Positions 8,810 through 21,289 of a DNA stretch of 64,000 nt are shown here, piece by piece. The stretch covers positions 15,252,110 through 15,316,109 of the forward strand of contig NC_134030.1 in the NCBI RefSeq assembly GCF_964204645.1, given 5' to 3'. Source of the stretch: Tubulanus polymorphus (lineage: Eukaryota > Animalia > Nemertea). Under the pieces are notes generated by a model. It did no database searches. It was not told where the DNA came from and saw nothing but the letters and a program-made list of their open reading frames with translations. The translations under genes and the position numbers were made by a program. Every line of letters starts with the position of its first letter. The first letter of the stretch is position 1.

Positions 8810-8975
8810 CCAATGAAACGTACGCCATACTACATCTTCACCCGTCAAGGGATTCGAACCCACTACGCTAAAGCTGTTCCCCGAACCCCTTGACCTCACG
8901 AGTCGTTGGAGTCGTTACTAGCCGACCAGAATCCGGTCGTACCAATCACAGCACTTGTAACAAACCGACACTGTT
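8810..8975 (-). repeat. Dispersed repeat with tRNA-like A/B-box; inverted copy at 18775-18866
   Basis: TAGCGTAGTGGGTTCGAATCCCTTGACGGGTGAAGATG and GTTACAAGTGCTGTGATTGG are shared with 18775-18866. Confidence 0.55.
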
Positions 8976-10778
8976 GGTTTTCCCGTTAAATGGACCAATC
9001 AGCGAACGTTTTACCGAACAAGGAAGTATTTCGCAAATCGATATATGAGGTCATGCGCAACAGCGCCAGTAATGAAATCACGCTTCGTGAGGCCAGGGGG
9101 CTGGTGGAAGCGAGTTCGGGAGTGATACTGGACCCTTGGCAAGCGAGGATGGCCATACTATGGCTTTCCCACAATTATTTTAGTAGCGCCGGAATTCCCC
9201 GTATATTCCAAAACAGCCAATCCCATTCGCTCGTATAGACGACGCCCCCAATCGAGGTCATTGCAATTTTATACGCAAGAAGAGCTAAGAATTTTCCCGC
9301 CAAAAACAGTTTTTCGTAGAATTTTAACTCAGTTGACCATGTCATCGACGGAGGTTCGCCATGTCTTCAATCGCATCGATTATACGTAGTTTTAGCCGAG
9401 AACCAATGAAACAAATGCTCGCATAAAAAAACGTACCGCGATTTTACAAGAATTGGCTCAATGCCAACATCACATCGCTGACAAAGGTAAGCCAAAAATC
9501 CCAAATGGTGTGAATTTTTTTTAACAGTCGCCTATTTAGAAGTCGTTTTATAGAACGACTTTTTCTAGTTTTGTCGCGCCATAAAGCGATTTTTTCTTGT
9601 TTTAACGCAGTGATTTCTCGTTTTTAACATGGTAAATTTCGTTTTATTGCGCGATAAAACGACTTTTAGCGTCTTTGAAAAAAAAATTGCACCATTTGTG
9701 ATTTTTTTACATGGCCCGAATCAGCCACCATACCGGTACAATGTTTGAATACCAGGTACAAAAGAAATATCTCGCATCGTATCGTTTCGTATCGGTTACA
9801 ACCGGCAAGCATTATATGCCTATTTATAGGTTGTCTTGCATCGGTGAATGAAACTCATTTCATGGACTGCTTCTTAATTTTTACCGATAATGTTCTCACA
9901 TTTACATCTACATTTATTGATCCAGGCATCCCCGGAAAGGGTTTATGTTATTATTCAAAAATAAGTAGGCCTGTTGTGGCGAGATCGACCATGGAACCAA
10001 CCTTCAGACTTGATGACCAGTCCGCGATAGCATTATATCCGTCTTTTGAGGAAAACTCGCCAATTCAGAGCCGCACTATTCAAAATCGCTGAAATCCGGA
10101 AGTGCCGTATCACCTCATCGTAGACGGCCGTTTTACGGAATAGTTCCTTTTACCTGGGATATTGCCAAGTCTTTTCCGTGAAGGGTTTCTGCTCTTTTAA
10201 TAGCAAATATCCAAACGAGGATTGATTTCGAGATAGTTCATCGAAAATTCCAGTCATGTACGCCTACCCAAAGCCGCGTGCGCCGGGATTTTTTATCGCG
10301 CAGTAATTTGGCTATTAGCCAATCAATGTAGAAGGTTGTAGAGGTTGTAATCGCTCGCTGAATAATCGATCTCTTAAAAATCGCCAGACGCATTGCCTTA
10401 TTCAGGTCTGTATTGACCCCGGAATGATGCGATAAGTCATTTCAAACCACGTCCCTCGGACAGGGCTCCGGCCCCGCTCGAATACTTCGTCTGAACCCGA
10501 AATCAAAGGAGAATCCGACCAAGGATCACTGCAATGGAAGAACATCATAGCCTTTTATCCCGTATGAATTACGTTTATTCGACTTCGAGTTGACTCGCCT
10601 CGATTATTAGTCTCTACCTTTTCTCGCTCGAAGACTTTCATCGCCTGAGCTTCTCTCGAATTCTCTCGAATCATGACTCGGGTAATCTGCGTTGTCTTGA
10701 CAACGCGGGTTTCTCTCGAAGTCGGATAATCGCCCTTGCCGCCTCTCGACCCGAGATCGCTCGGAGGTCCGAGGCCTA

Positions 10779-11320
10779 ATGTCTATTTATTAATGGATGA
10801 GACCTGTTTTTCTTGGATATTTTGCTTACTTTTTGGGGTACATACCTCATTTATGTCTTAACAGAATGCCAAAAATCGCGGACAACAACTGAATATCCGA
10901 TATATTTCCAATTCTGTACCAATTAAAAGGATTGGCAAAAAGACTCCTTAAGTCCAATTGAATGAGAGAGAAAATCCTCCATTTTGTGAAATTTCTTGAA
11001 TTTTTACATTGTCACCATGCCTACGAAATGAAGTTATTTTTCTTGTGGGGTCTCAACAACTAAATCAGGGTGGCGTAGGCATGGTAACAATGTTCAAATC
11101 CAAGAAATTTGACAAAATGGAGGATTTTCTCTCTCATTCAACTGGACTTAAGGAGTCTTTTTGCCAATCCATCTAATTGGTACAGAACTGGAAATATATC
11201 GGATATTCAGTTGTTGTCCGCGATTTTTGGCATTCTGTTAAGACATAAATGAGGTATGTACCCCAAAAAGTAAGCAAAATATCCCAGAAAAACAGGTCTC
11301 ATCAATTAATAAATAGACAT
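10779..11320. mobile_element. Foldback MITE with ~245-bp TIRs, flanked by TA
   Basis: TA|ATGTCTATTTATTAA...CCATGCCTACG, ~48-bp spacer, CGTAGGCATGG...TTAATAAATAGACAT|TA. Confidence 0.88.
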
Positions 11321-12463
11321 TAGTCAAATCCTAATAGCCTGTTCATTTCGCCACGATTCTCGACCTGAATAAATCAATAAATATTCATACATGTCATTTT
11401 TAACTATGAATTGTTACTTCTTTTGATTATGCGTTCGATTTTTCGGAGTATATATATTCGAGCATGATATTCTAGTAATGCGATTGCCTTATTTGCCTAT
11501 GACTGTCGCGAGATTCAGTGGGATTCGGTAGAGCTTATGGAAACCGGAATAAAATTCAGACTGCACTTGAATTTTATAGTCGAAGAAACCGATCGCTTAT
11601 TTTTAGTTTCTCTCGAATTTACGGTCGGAGTCGATTCGATTACGAATGGCCGACGTAACGAAAGTGGTGACTTCCGGCTGTGGTTCTTGAGAAATTCGAC
11701 CGACTGTACTGGTCAGAGTTATGTTTAGGCGGGGAAACCGAATCGAATCTCACGAGTTAGCAAATCGCATAGTATTTTTCGACGATTGTCCTAGGGCGGT
11801 CATTGACCCCTTTTTCTGTCCTCTCCAGGGGCAGAATCGACCTAGGCGTACCCACCTGTAGCGGACCTATTCTGGACTTACCTGCTCTCGCTACCAAGAT
11901 TTAATGCCGTATATACTGTCGACCCCGTGCCGCTACACTGTTGTAAGAATTCATAATATATTTTTCTTCTTATAATTTAACGTTTCAAATAGATAAATAG
12001 TGTAAAATTTTTGAAATATGTTTTCATCATTTAATACGGATTAGAATATTCATCCAAACTTGCCTTTGCTCCGTTCAGCGCGTACGCCTTACCATTTTAC
12101 TGTTTCGTCAAATATAGTCGTGAGTTTGGGTTTTCTCGGAGCCTGATGTGACAGATCGGACCTGTCATGTTAGATCGGGAGACTTGACATGACATTCTGC
12201 AAACTCTTCAGACGGCCATCGCGATGCCGCATTTATCGCGTACTTTTGCACGTTTTTCTCGACAAAAATTTATTGAATCGCATCATAACTCTACTAAATC
12301 ATGGGGTAAGTCTAGATTACTTTTATTTCACCCTTCTTCCTGTCATCCTTTGTTCATCTTTTCGCTTTTTTCACTAGTCTTGATTTTAAGTGAATAAATT
12401 CAATTCAATTTCAAGGTCGTCGGGAATCCCGCAGAAACCGTAAAGTTTCCGAACTCTCCGTTT

Positions 12464-13627
12464 CTGAGCTCAGACCACTATTCCAAAATCTTCTATATCC
12501 TATAGTAAAAACCAGAAATTCGAGAGTCATATATAAGCGCGTAAATTCAGGGGAAATCCTGCTTATGGCTCATAGGCCAGCATCTTAGCTACGCATTGAA
12601 GTGGTTTTCGCCACAGGGGCTTGTAAACTGGCTTGGATTTTACTTCCGGGCTGTTGATAACCTCGCGAGAATGGCGCTATATTTAAACTGCAAATAAATT
12701 CAAAATATCACAGAAATACCTCTTGTTGATGGTGTTTATTTATCCACTATAGAGTTTCGATAAACAATTCGCTGTTAAGGATCAGTATCAGCGGGCGCGA
12801 CGCCTTACTATATTAAAATAACAAGAGATGAAACGGCTTCGCTTTTGCCTGTGACCGTATTGATGCGGCGGAAACCACTGCGCATGCGCGGCAACTTCCG
12901 AGCGCTAGTGAGCTGTCAATCAAACTACACATTATAGTTTTTCTTCATCAATTCAAAAATTGATAATTTCCTTAGAAGTGTGATTGCCTTGGCTTGACAT
13001 AGGTTTTTGAGAAGAATCAATTGAACTTGAACTGATCTTAACCTTTCGGAAAGTTGCCGCGCATGCGCAGTGGTTTCCGCCGCATCAATACGGTCACAGG
13101 CAAAAGCGAAGCCGTTTCATCCCTTGTTATTTTTATATAGTAAGTTGTAGAGCCCGCTGATACTGATCCTTAACAGCCAATTGTTTATCGAAACTCTATA
13201 GTAGATAAATAAACACCATCAACAAGAGGTATTTCTGTGATATTTTGAATTTTACAAGCCAGTTTACAAGCCCCTGTGTTTTCGCCCCACATACCCAACC
13301 TAACTTTTGAAATAATCAAACCTTTAGAAAGGAGGGGTATCCCAGTACAGGTATGCCAGTACATCCGAGCCAAATATCTAAGGGAATTCCCCACAGTGTT
13401 TGGTACCCTTACTCCAAGCAAAAAAAGTCCAGGGAATCCCTTATTCCATCATCAATCTGTCTCTCAGGATCAATTGATTTCATACCATATAACCGAAATT
13501 CGTTACCTATCCCATTTGCAGAAATTATGGCAACATGTGGGGGACCTCTTCTTCACTCTAGGTACTATTTTTGGGGTCCGGCCCTACGCATCTTCGAGCT
13601 ACTAACCTAATTGTGGTCTGATGCCTG
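12464..13627 (+). mobile_element. ~500-bp non-autonomous element (copy 1, interrupted by the P-like MITE); copy 2 at 14560-15061
   Basis: Near-identical to 14560-15061. Imperfect termini (C)AGAGCTCAGACCAC / GTGGTCTGATGCCTG. Confidence 0.75.
12612..13278. mobile_element. Palindromic (foldback) MITE, CACAGGGG...CCCCTGTG, 7-bp TSD TTTTCGC; P-superfamily-like
   Basis: TTTTCGC on both sides (12605-12611, 13279-13285). The empty site is visible in the paralogous copy at ~14701-14720 (AAGTGGTTTTCGCCCCAC). Long TIRs. Confidence 0.88.
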
Positions 13628-14559
13628 ACTAGTACCCAAACTTAAGAATAGCATTAGTTTTTGTACAGTTTTAGAAAGAGTGGAGACACCCTAGTTATAC
13701 AACGCAATACAATAGCTCTCGGCCAATTACACATGGAAATTCATGCTAATGCACAAATCGCGCGTATGCGACAAAATCAAAGTTTTCTATCAATATCATC
13801 TAAGTCAAACATTCATTTCAAAATATGAATAAAACAATTATACAACACTTTCTGAATACTTGATAGATTTTTTTCACTGATGGATATAAATAGGCCTATA
13901 TGGCTATGGATAAAAATCAGAAACACAATCTTTAAGCATTTTTTGAAAAAAATGCCAATTTCATCATCGAATTGGCTGAAACCTTTAGATATGGCGTTTT
14001 CTTGCGCTGAAGGCCTAATTCGAATGCACCCTACTGCGTCCACAGGCCTTCGGCCGGGACGAATTTTATATATTCCAAGCGTAGTTGTCACCAGTACTAG
14101 TTAGGAAAAATATCACAACTGGCCTTTGACAATGTCCTTTCGGTTGCCATGGTTTCAACGAAAATATGCATTTCCCCTACCCCTAAATTCCTGACAGTAT
14201 CTGGCACCAAAAAGTCAGCCAGACTAGATAACTTAATCAAAGAAAGCTGAATTAATGTGATTATTCTGCATGGGCAAGGATGGCCTTTATGAAATAAATT
14301 TATGAGCCTAGACCGAGCCTCCTACGAGAAAATATCTTACGGTTCATGTCTAAAAATTGACCGAAATCTGCGATTCTAGCCTTCTACAAGCAAAAATATT
14401 ACCAAATCCTAACATGAAACTGATTAAAATCAGCAAATTAGGTCTCAATGAATGCCTCAAGACGACTTATATGTGCAAAAGATGTATGAGATAAAAATTA
14501 TTTGTGAAATTTCATCAAAACTTCAAAATTTGTTAGCCTATTTTGGCTGTATTGGCTGT

Positions 14560-15061
14560 CAGAGCTCAGACCACTATTCCAAAATCTTCTATATCCTATA
14601 GTAAAAAATAGAAATTCAAGAGTTTAGTTCATATATAAGCGCATAAATTCAGGGGAAATCCTGCTTATGGCTCATAGGCCAGCATCTTAGCTACGCATTG
14701 AAGTGGTTTTCGCCCCACATACCCAACCTAACTTTTGAAATAATCAAACCTTTAGAAAGGAGGGGTATCCCAGTACAGGTATGCCAGTACATCCGAGCCA
14801 AATATCTAAGGGAATCCCCCATTGTGTTTGGTACCCTTATTCCAAGCAAAAAAAGTCCAGGGAATACCTTATTCCATCATCAATCTGTCTCTCAGGATCA
14901 ATGGATTTCATACATATAACCGAAATTCGTTAGGCCTACCTATCCCATTTGCAGAAATTATGGCAACATTTATGGGGGACCTCTTCTTCACTCTAGGTAC
15001 TATTTTTGGGGTCCGGCCCTACGCATCTTCGAGCTACTAACCTAATTGTGGTCTGATGCCT
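14560..15061 (+). mobile_element. ~500-bp non-autonomous element, copy 2 (uninterrupted)
   Basis: Matches 12464-12611 joined to 13286-13627. Confidence 0.75.
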
Positions 15062-17651
15062 TCTAGCACAGGGGCTTGTAAACTGGCTTGGATTTTACTT
15101 CCGGGTTGTTGATAATCTCGCGAGAATGGCGCTAAATTTAAACTGCAAATAAATTCCAAAATATCACAGAAATACCTTGTTTGATGTTGTTTATTTATCC
15201 ACTATAGTAGGGTTTTCAGATCACGTGATCAAAACCGGCCATAGTGCCGTTTTTTCCCACTTCAAAAGTTATGAACTTGATGAATTTAATCATTGTCATC
15301 CGATTTACTTGGACTAAATTTTTGAGGAAAGATACTAAGGATCTTGTACTGTGTTGAAAATTCCATGTTGATGCGCGGCGTAGTTCGCGAGATACAAGCT
15401 GTTGGACTCCAGCCAACTTTAGATTGTTGATTGACAGGTGCGCGTGTACTCTTCACCGCGGATTTCGAAAAATGCAGTTTTGAGATGCCCATCTTCTAGG
15501 CGATCTCGCAAAAAAGGGGTGGGACTGGGGATCACGAAACCTTCACAGGTGTTTTCAAAAGTTCTTGATTGACATCCAGGTATGCCGTACTTGTTTGAAT
15601 CGGCAATTTGCCCAATTTTGCGACACTACAAAGTTTTAAACGCAATATATTTCATCAAATTATGAAATTTAGAAATAAGTTCTCCCCCAGGTGGAAAAAT
15701 ATAGTAGTTTAAGTAGGCCTATAGCAAAAGGTTTTAGTTTGATTCGTTAAGCCGTCTTCCCCGGAAAATGCCGTAAAGTTGGAAAGTATCGAAAAAATTG
15801 CTACATCCGGGCATTTTCATTCACTTTCGGGTTCGAGTAGCGTTTGTTTACATGTGTAGGTATGTTCATATCCGCGCGGGGCGCCACTATCGATTGTGAC
15901 GACCATTATTGACTAAGAAAAATGTGATGCGTGAGCGGACTCGTAGTAAATTCATTCATAAAACCACTAGAATCATGTGAACACTTAATTACCTCTATAG
16001 ATTAGCCAATCAGAACCTTCTTCATGACCTGGTGGGGTTTTTCACTGTATAAATTTGCCAATAGTAGATGAAAATTCAATTTGAAAATTTACCTCATGTT
16101 TGCATGCAAAATTATATACTTTTTCATCCGGAATAAGCGATCTCTCACCAGGAATCATATCCTTTAAGTTCTTAAGTTTTGAATCGCGAAAACCGCTTGA
16201 ATTTATATTGTGTCGGGGCTGAGTGAGAGCTGCCGGAAAATTGTCCTAGCCGACGATTGAAACGCGCATTCATCATGGCGGCTTCTCGCGCAATGAATGA
16301 TCACGCGATGCAGAGAAAATCGATGAGTCATTCAAATACGCAGTGCAGCAACTTTTAACGGTTTCTGGGTCTACAATACTAATTCATAATGCATCTGAGG
16401 TGGAAATATAATACGATTGCTGAATTTATTTAACTGGAAATAAGGTCGTTTTTTCCGCATTAATTCTTAATGCGGAGTGACATTTGACTTGGCATATTCT
16501 GTGAACCGGTTGGGTTAAAAAAAGCGCATTTTTTAAGGGAGGGGAGGCAGGCTTGTTTTTTTTCAAACTTTTTATTTTGACCGACTTATGCATTATATTT
16601 ATCGAGTTAAACTATTGATGGGAGGCACATAGTGGTTCAAGTCGATCATAGGAATGTTTTGATGCTAATTTCATCCAAAAAGCGGTCATGAGAAGTTTTA
16701 GATAGAAACTACTAATTCACCCTGGGTGAACTTTTAAGACAATATAGGTCGGGTAATTTTCCAGGAATCCTCATTAGCGCGCTGGAGGTTGACTGAGTTG
16801 GCAAAGCTACGGTCAATCGCGATTGATTTAGAGATAACTTGACCTCTTTTCAGTCGTTTTATCGTGATATTCGCGTAGGGTTTTAGCTCTAGGTAATTGT
16901 TTTAATAGTGTGGTACTTATCAGTACGGCATATATTAAAATAACAGATTTTCTTCTGGATTTTGAGATTAGAAGACGTACGGGGATCGTTTTGCCTTAAC
17001 CTGTCATTCATTCTTTTGATTCAGAACTTGCGACAAAAACACATTTTTCTACTTCGTTTGGGTGTTTTGGTATCCAAACTTTTAAATGCGTACACTTACA
17101 CAAACAATGCATTAAAAAACACTAGTTTAGGTTTCTAAGGCACGGGCATTGCACTTCGCTCGGTACCCCTCAATTAGTACATTTAGGAGGGTGCCTTAGG
17201 GCAGTTTGGTGAGGAGTATCCACCGATCCTGCTGCTGTAAATTTAGGTTAGGTTAGGGTCGCGTAAACCATTCAATATTTAATACTTTTTCTGACGATAT
17301 CGGAGCAATTTCCAGTAGCATAGATACGGGAGTATCCGCCTTGTCTCTGTGCCACTATTCTAAATATTAGTACGTATTTTCAGACGTATATCCGATATCA
17401 TCAGCAAAAGTTATCTCTGAGCGCTCAATAACTATAGTCAACTGATTTGAAATATTTTGCTCAGCGTTCTTACAGATACAATTCAACGCTTATCGGTTAG
17501 GTTTTCACTTCTTTAAGATATAGCGCTCAGAGTTAGGTCTTATTAGTTACTTTTTAGACACTTTCATCTTATTTAAAGTCAAAGTTTGATTTTTGACTTA
17601 TCATTTCGGTTTTTTAGGCCAGCCGTAGGCTGAGCCTATTACTATACAAAT

Positions 17652-18385
17652 CAGGGATGAGAATTCCCCGCGGATCCGCGGTTTCCCGCGGATTTCGGTA
17701 TTGAAAAATATCAATTTTCCAAATAGTCCAAAAATGATGTAAAAGTATGGGGGGGATGATCTCACTCAATTGGTCCGGCGTGATCGGTAATCAGGTGAAC
17801 CGTAAAAGCGTTCAGTGCCTGTTTTACTCATCGTCACGTAAAAGTATCGTATTTCAATGCATATTCATTGCAACACGGTGATTTTGTATCTACATTTGTA
17901 CTACGATCTTGATGAGTGTGTATGTATTTTATCGATCGGTTGCCGAACCGCGCGTGCGGCAACAGTAGTAATGTATATAGGCCTACTTACTGTTGCCGCG
18001 CGTGTGTGGCGAATGTCTTCGGATATTATACACTACTGGGTGATGATTTTTAGTGAGCATTCATCGGCGCATATTTACTGCAATAATTCAGGGCTCGACC
18101 CATATTGCATGAGATGTTGAATGTCATCGAATGAGGATGTACCACATTGGAACAAGCCATTACCTTCCAAAATATAATAGTCGTTCATGGGTTCAAGATC
18201 GCTCTAAGTGCTCGGAAAACGCATTTAATTTCTAAAATTTTCTTGGGGGAGGGCCGCCAAACCTCCCGAAATAGCTTCGCGCCTACGGCGCTCGCTAGTG
18301 CTGACGGCTATGCCGTCAACTTGTTCGCGCGTGTAACTCAAGAAAAAAAACCTGCGGATTTTACAGGTCGGCGTTCTCATCCCTG
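17652..18385 (+). mobile_element. CAGGGATGAGAA-TIR non-autonomous DNA transposon (hAT-like), TSD ACAAAT
   Basis: TIRs CAGGGATGAGAA/TTCTCATCCCTG. The empty target site is seen at ~42848-42863 (ACTATACAAATGGAGC). Confidence 0.88.
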
Positions 18386-19759
18386 ACAAATGGAGCGAAT
18401 TTAAATGACATGGTTTCCACACAAAAGGCTTGCCAAGTGAGGGCATATTCGAACAAATCACGTATTTAAGCGTAATCCATTCTCGGAATCGTAGCGAGCA
18501 GAATTTTGAAATAGGGTCTCATAAAAATGTTTTCTGCATTTTTCACGAAAGTTAAATCGGGAAAATTTCAATTTTTATCAGCCAATCAGGAAGTTTTGTC
18601 TTCCCTGTGATTGGTTTATCTGAAAATATCAGCAGCTGTTCACGTGAATTATCGCGATTTCATTACTGGCGCTTTTGCGCATGACTTCATGTATCAACAC
18701 GCGACAATACTTCCGCGTTCGCTACGTGTTCGCTGATTGGCCCATTTACTGGGAAATTCCACAGAAGCCTAATGAGGTTTGTTACAAGCGCTGTGATTGG
18801 CCCGACCCGATTCTGGCATGGCTTTAGCTTAGTGGGTTCGAATCCCTTGACGGGTGAAGATGATGGATCCTATCAATATCTATTGAAACTAATAAGTTTC
18901 CCGGTTGGGCAGCCGCGGATATCTACCGGAAGTGTTCCGGTTCGATATTTCGAGGTTTCTTTGAATTTTGGAGTGATATTGAAATCCGGTAAATACCAGC
19001 GGTAGATTGTGAAAACCCATTGCATGATATTTGTATTACTTAATCAACAAAAAGCGTCGGGGCCGCGCCAGGAGTTTTCGTGATTCAAGTAGCGCAATAG
19101 CCTACTTCTTCGTGTTCGTCCACCTCAATTTTCACTCCGCCGATCTCTGACACGGCTCTGTCCCCGTCGGCGCTGTGATTGCACTTTCGTACCACTAAAA
19201 TTTTTTATTTCTATATCAGGGAGGTCTGGAGAATAAAAAAGTCAAAATTTGGATATCACATAGGCCTGATTTCATCGAATAAGTCGACCATGGTCGTTAC
19301 GTTTCCATACTTATTACCACCTAAAACCGTCTGAACAATTTTGTCACAACCAACATTTCGTTTACAGAAATCAGGTGTTCACGTGAACCCGCGGTATCGT
19401 CTACTGTTTTACTTCCTGGTTTTATTTTAAGATTCAAAATTGTATTTCAAGATCGATTTCTATGAAATCTTTAGTTGATTTGGTGTTTGGGAGGAATTTT
19501 TATTTGCTCTACGGAAAATTCATCCTTGACAATTGCGCAAGGTTCGCGAAAAAAAAGGTTTTACCAAATCGGGTGTATGACCTTGATATGCTAATTAGCC
19601 ATGTGCCCGAATTGCAAATTCAATCAAATTTTATTCTGCCAAAAAAATGTTAAATACAATTCGCTTTCCGAGAATTAATGGTATGCTGCATGGAACAAAG
19701 TTGTTTTGAGATGGGTCTTGAAGCTATTGAGGTCGAGAGATAACCATCTAGATAGTTCG

Positions 19760-20742
19760 TGAGAGTTCCAAAGTTTTGAAGACGCTTCAAGGTAATGTCT
19801 TGATATTTGGTTTATACGTGTATCTACCCTAGACACATCTTCAGGCCAAAAACTGGCCCTGTCAGATTCAAGATGGCCGACTGGCAGCCATTGTTGTTCG
19901 CCAAAATCAGCACTTTTTACACATTTTTGAAGTTTTCGAGGGAAATCTTGAAGACACTTTTATCAATTACCTTGATCATTCGTATATATTTGTATCCCCC
20001 GAGGGCCCATGGGCATGAGAAAAATTGGGTCGATCGGACTCAAGATGGCCGTACTGTAACCTTTTTTGTTCCCAAAAATGTCAATTTTGGCCTGAATTCT
20101 GAGTACTGTAGCTTTCTAATGGTGTGCCATGTTTCATTGCAATTTGTAATGGGTATTCTTTGGAAAGGGATCTTTTATATCCGAGAGGGTATTTTTGACC
20201 AGGCAATTATGACGCACTTGACGGCCATCTTGGGGTCATCAGTACTCATTCGTAGGTGGAAAAAAAGTTTTTCCACATCATAATTGATACTTAAGCATAT
20301 TTTGCTACTATAATCAATTGGAAAGTTGTAGCTCATTCCATGTTCTATGATCGAGGTGAGTTTCAAGCTCATTGGTTTTTGTTTATGGCCACCAGGGGGC
20401 GTTGAACAATACAATAACTTAGTATTTCTATATTACATTCGTACCTATGCATATTTTGCTACCACAATCAATTGGAAAGTTGTAGCTCATGACATGGTCT
20501 ATGATCTTGGTGAGTTTCAAGCTCATTGGTTTTTGTATATGGCCACCAGGGGCGTTGAACAATACAATAACTTAGTATTGCTGTATTACATTCGTTCCTG
20601 CTGTCTGTGTTAACACACGATTTTACTATGTAAATGATGTTGAGCAGGGAGTGTATATTGATAAATATAACCCACAGATTACATCATTTATAAAGAGCAA
20701 ATCTGACAGGCTGGCCATTGTGCCCCTTGGGGCTCTTGTTTC
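19760..20742 (+). mobile_element. Helentron-type non-autonomous element (HINE), partial, with two 154-bp repeat units
   Basis: Homologous to 53159-54431 and 56502-57792. 3' hairpin GCCCCTTGGGGC followed by TCTTGTTT. Confidence 0.7.
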
Positions 20743-21150
20743 AATTTCAAGTTAGGATCATTATCAAAGTTTGAATTAATTTTGCTTTAATTCGGACTAT
20801 TTCAAGTTAGGATCTATATTCGCTCACTATTTCAAGTTTGGATTTATTCTCAAATTTGAATTAATTTAGTTTTGATTCAAACTATATCAAGTTTTATTCA
20901 GACTATTTCAAATTAGGATTTATTTTCAAAGTTTGAATTAATTTTGTTTAAATTCAAACTCCAAAGTCAGGATTTGTTCAGACTACAGTGTATTTTAAGT
21001 CAAACTTTGATTCTTGACTTATCATTTCGGCTTGTTTCAATTTCAAGTTAGGATCATTCTCAAAGTTTAAATTACTTTTGTTTTAATTCAAACCATTTCA
21101 AGTTCGGATTTATTCAAACTTTTTCAAGTTTGGATCATTTTTCAGGGTTA
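20743..21150. repeat. Degenerate short tandem repeat (TTTCAAGTTAGGAT-type units)
   Basis: Repeated TTTCAAGTT(A/T/C)GGAT and CAAAGTTTGAATTAATTT motifs. Confidence 0.7.
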
Positions 21151-21289
21151 GAATCAATAGCAATTAGGGTACATATTTGCCACTCGCGTTATGGCGGATT
21201 ATATGATTATATAGTGTTCTATCATTTTAAAAGGGTTTATTCAATAAGGATTATAAAACAGAGATTTACTGCAGTTCCATAGTTCAATC

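Noticed and set aside
9395-9487. Possible AG...GTAAG-bounded exon
   Set aside because: No recognisable protein similarity and no partner exons.
13185-15040. Duplicated short ORFs (e.g. MFSPHIPNL...)
   Set aside because: Chance frames inside two copies of a non-autonomous repeat; frames are not preserved between copies.
17243-17260. TTAGG TTAGG TTAGGG telomere-like run
   Set aside because: Only about three units; too short to call an interstitial telomere.
17857-20613. Several 70-160-aa ORFs
   Set aside because: They lie within MITE/HINE repeats, have no recognisable motifs, and differ by indels between copies.
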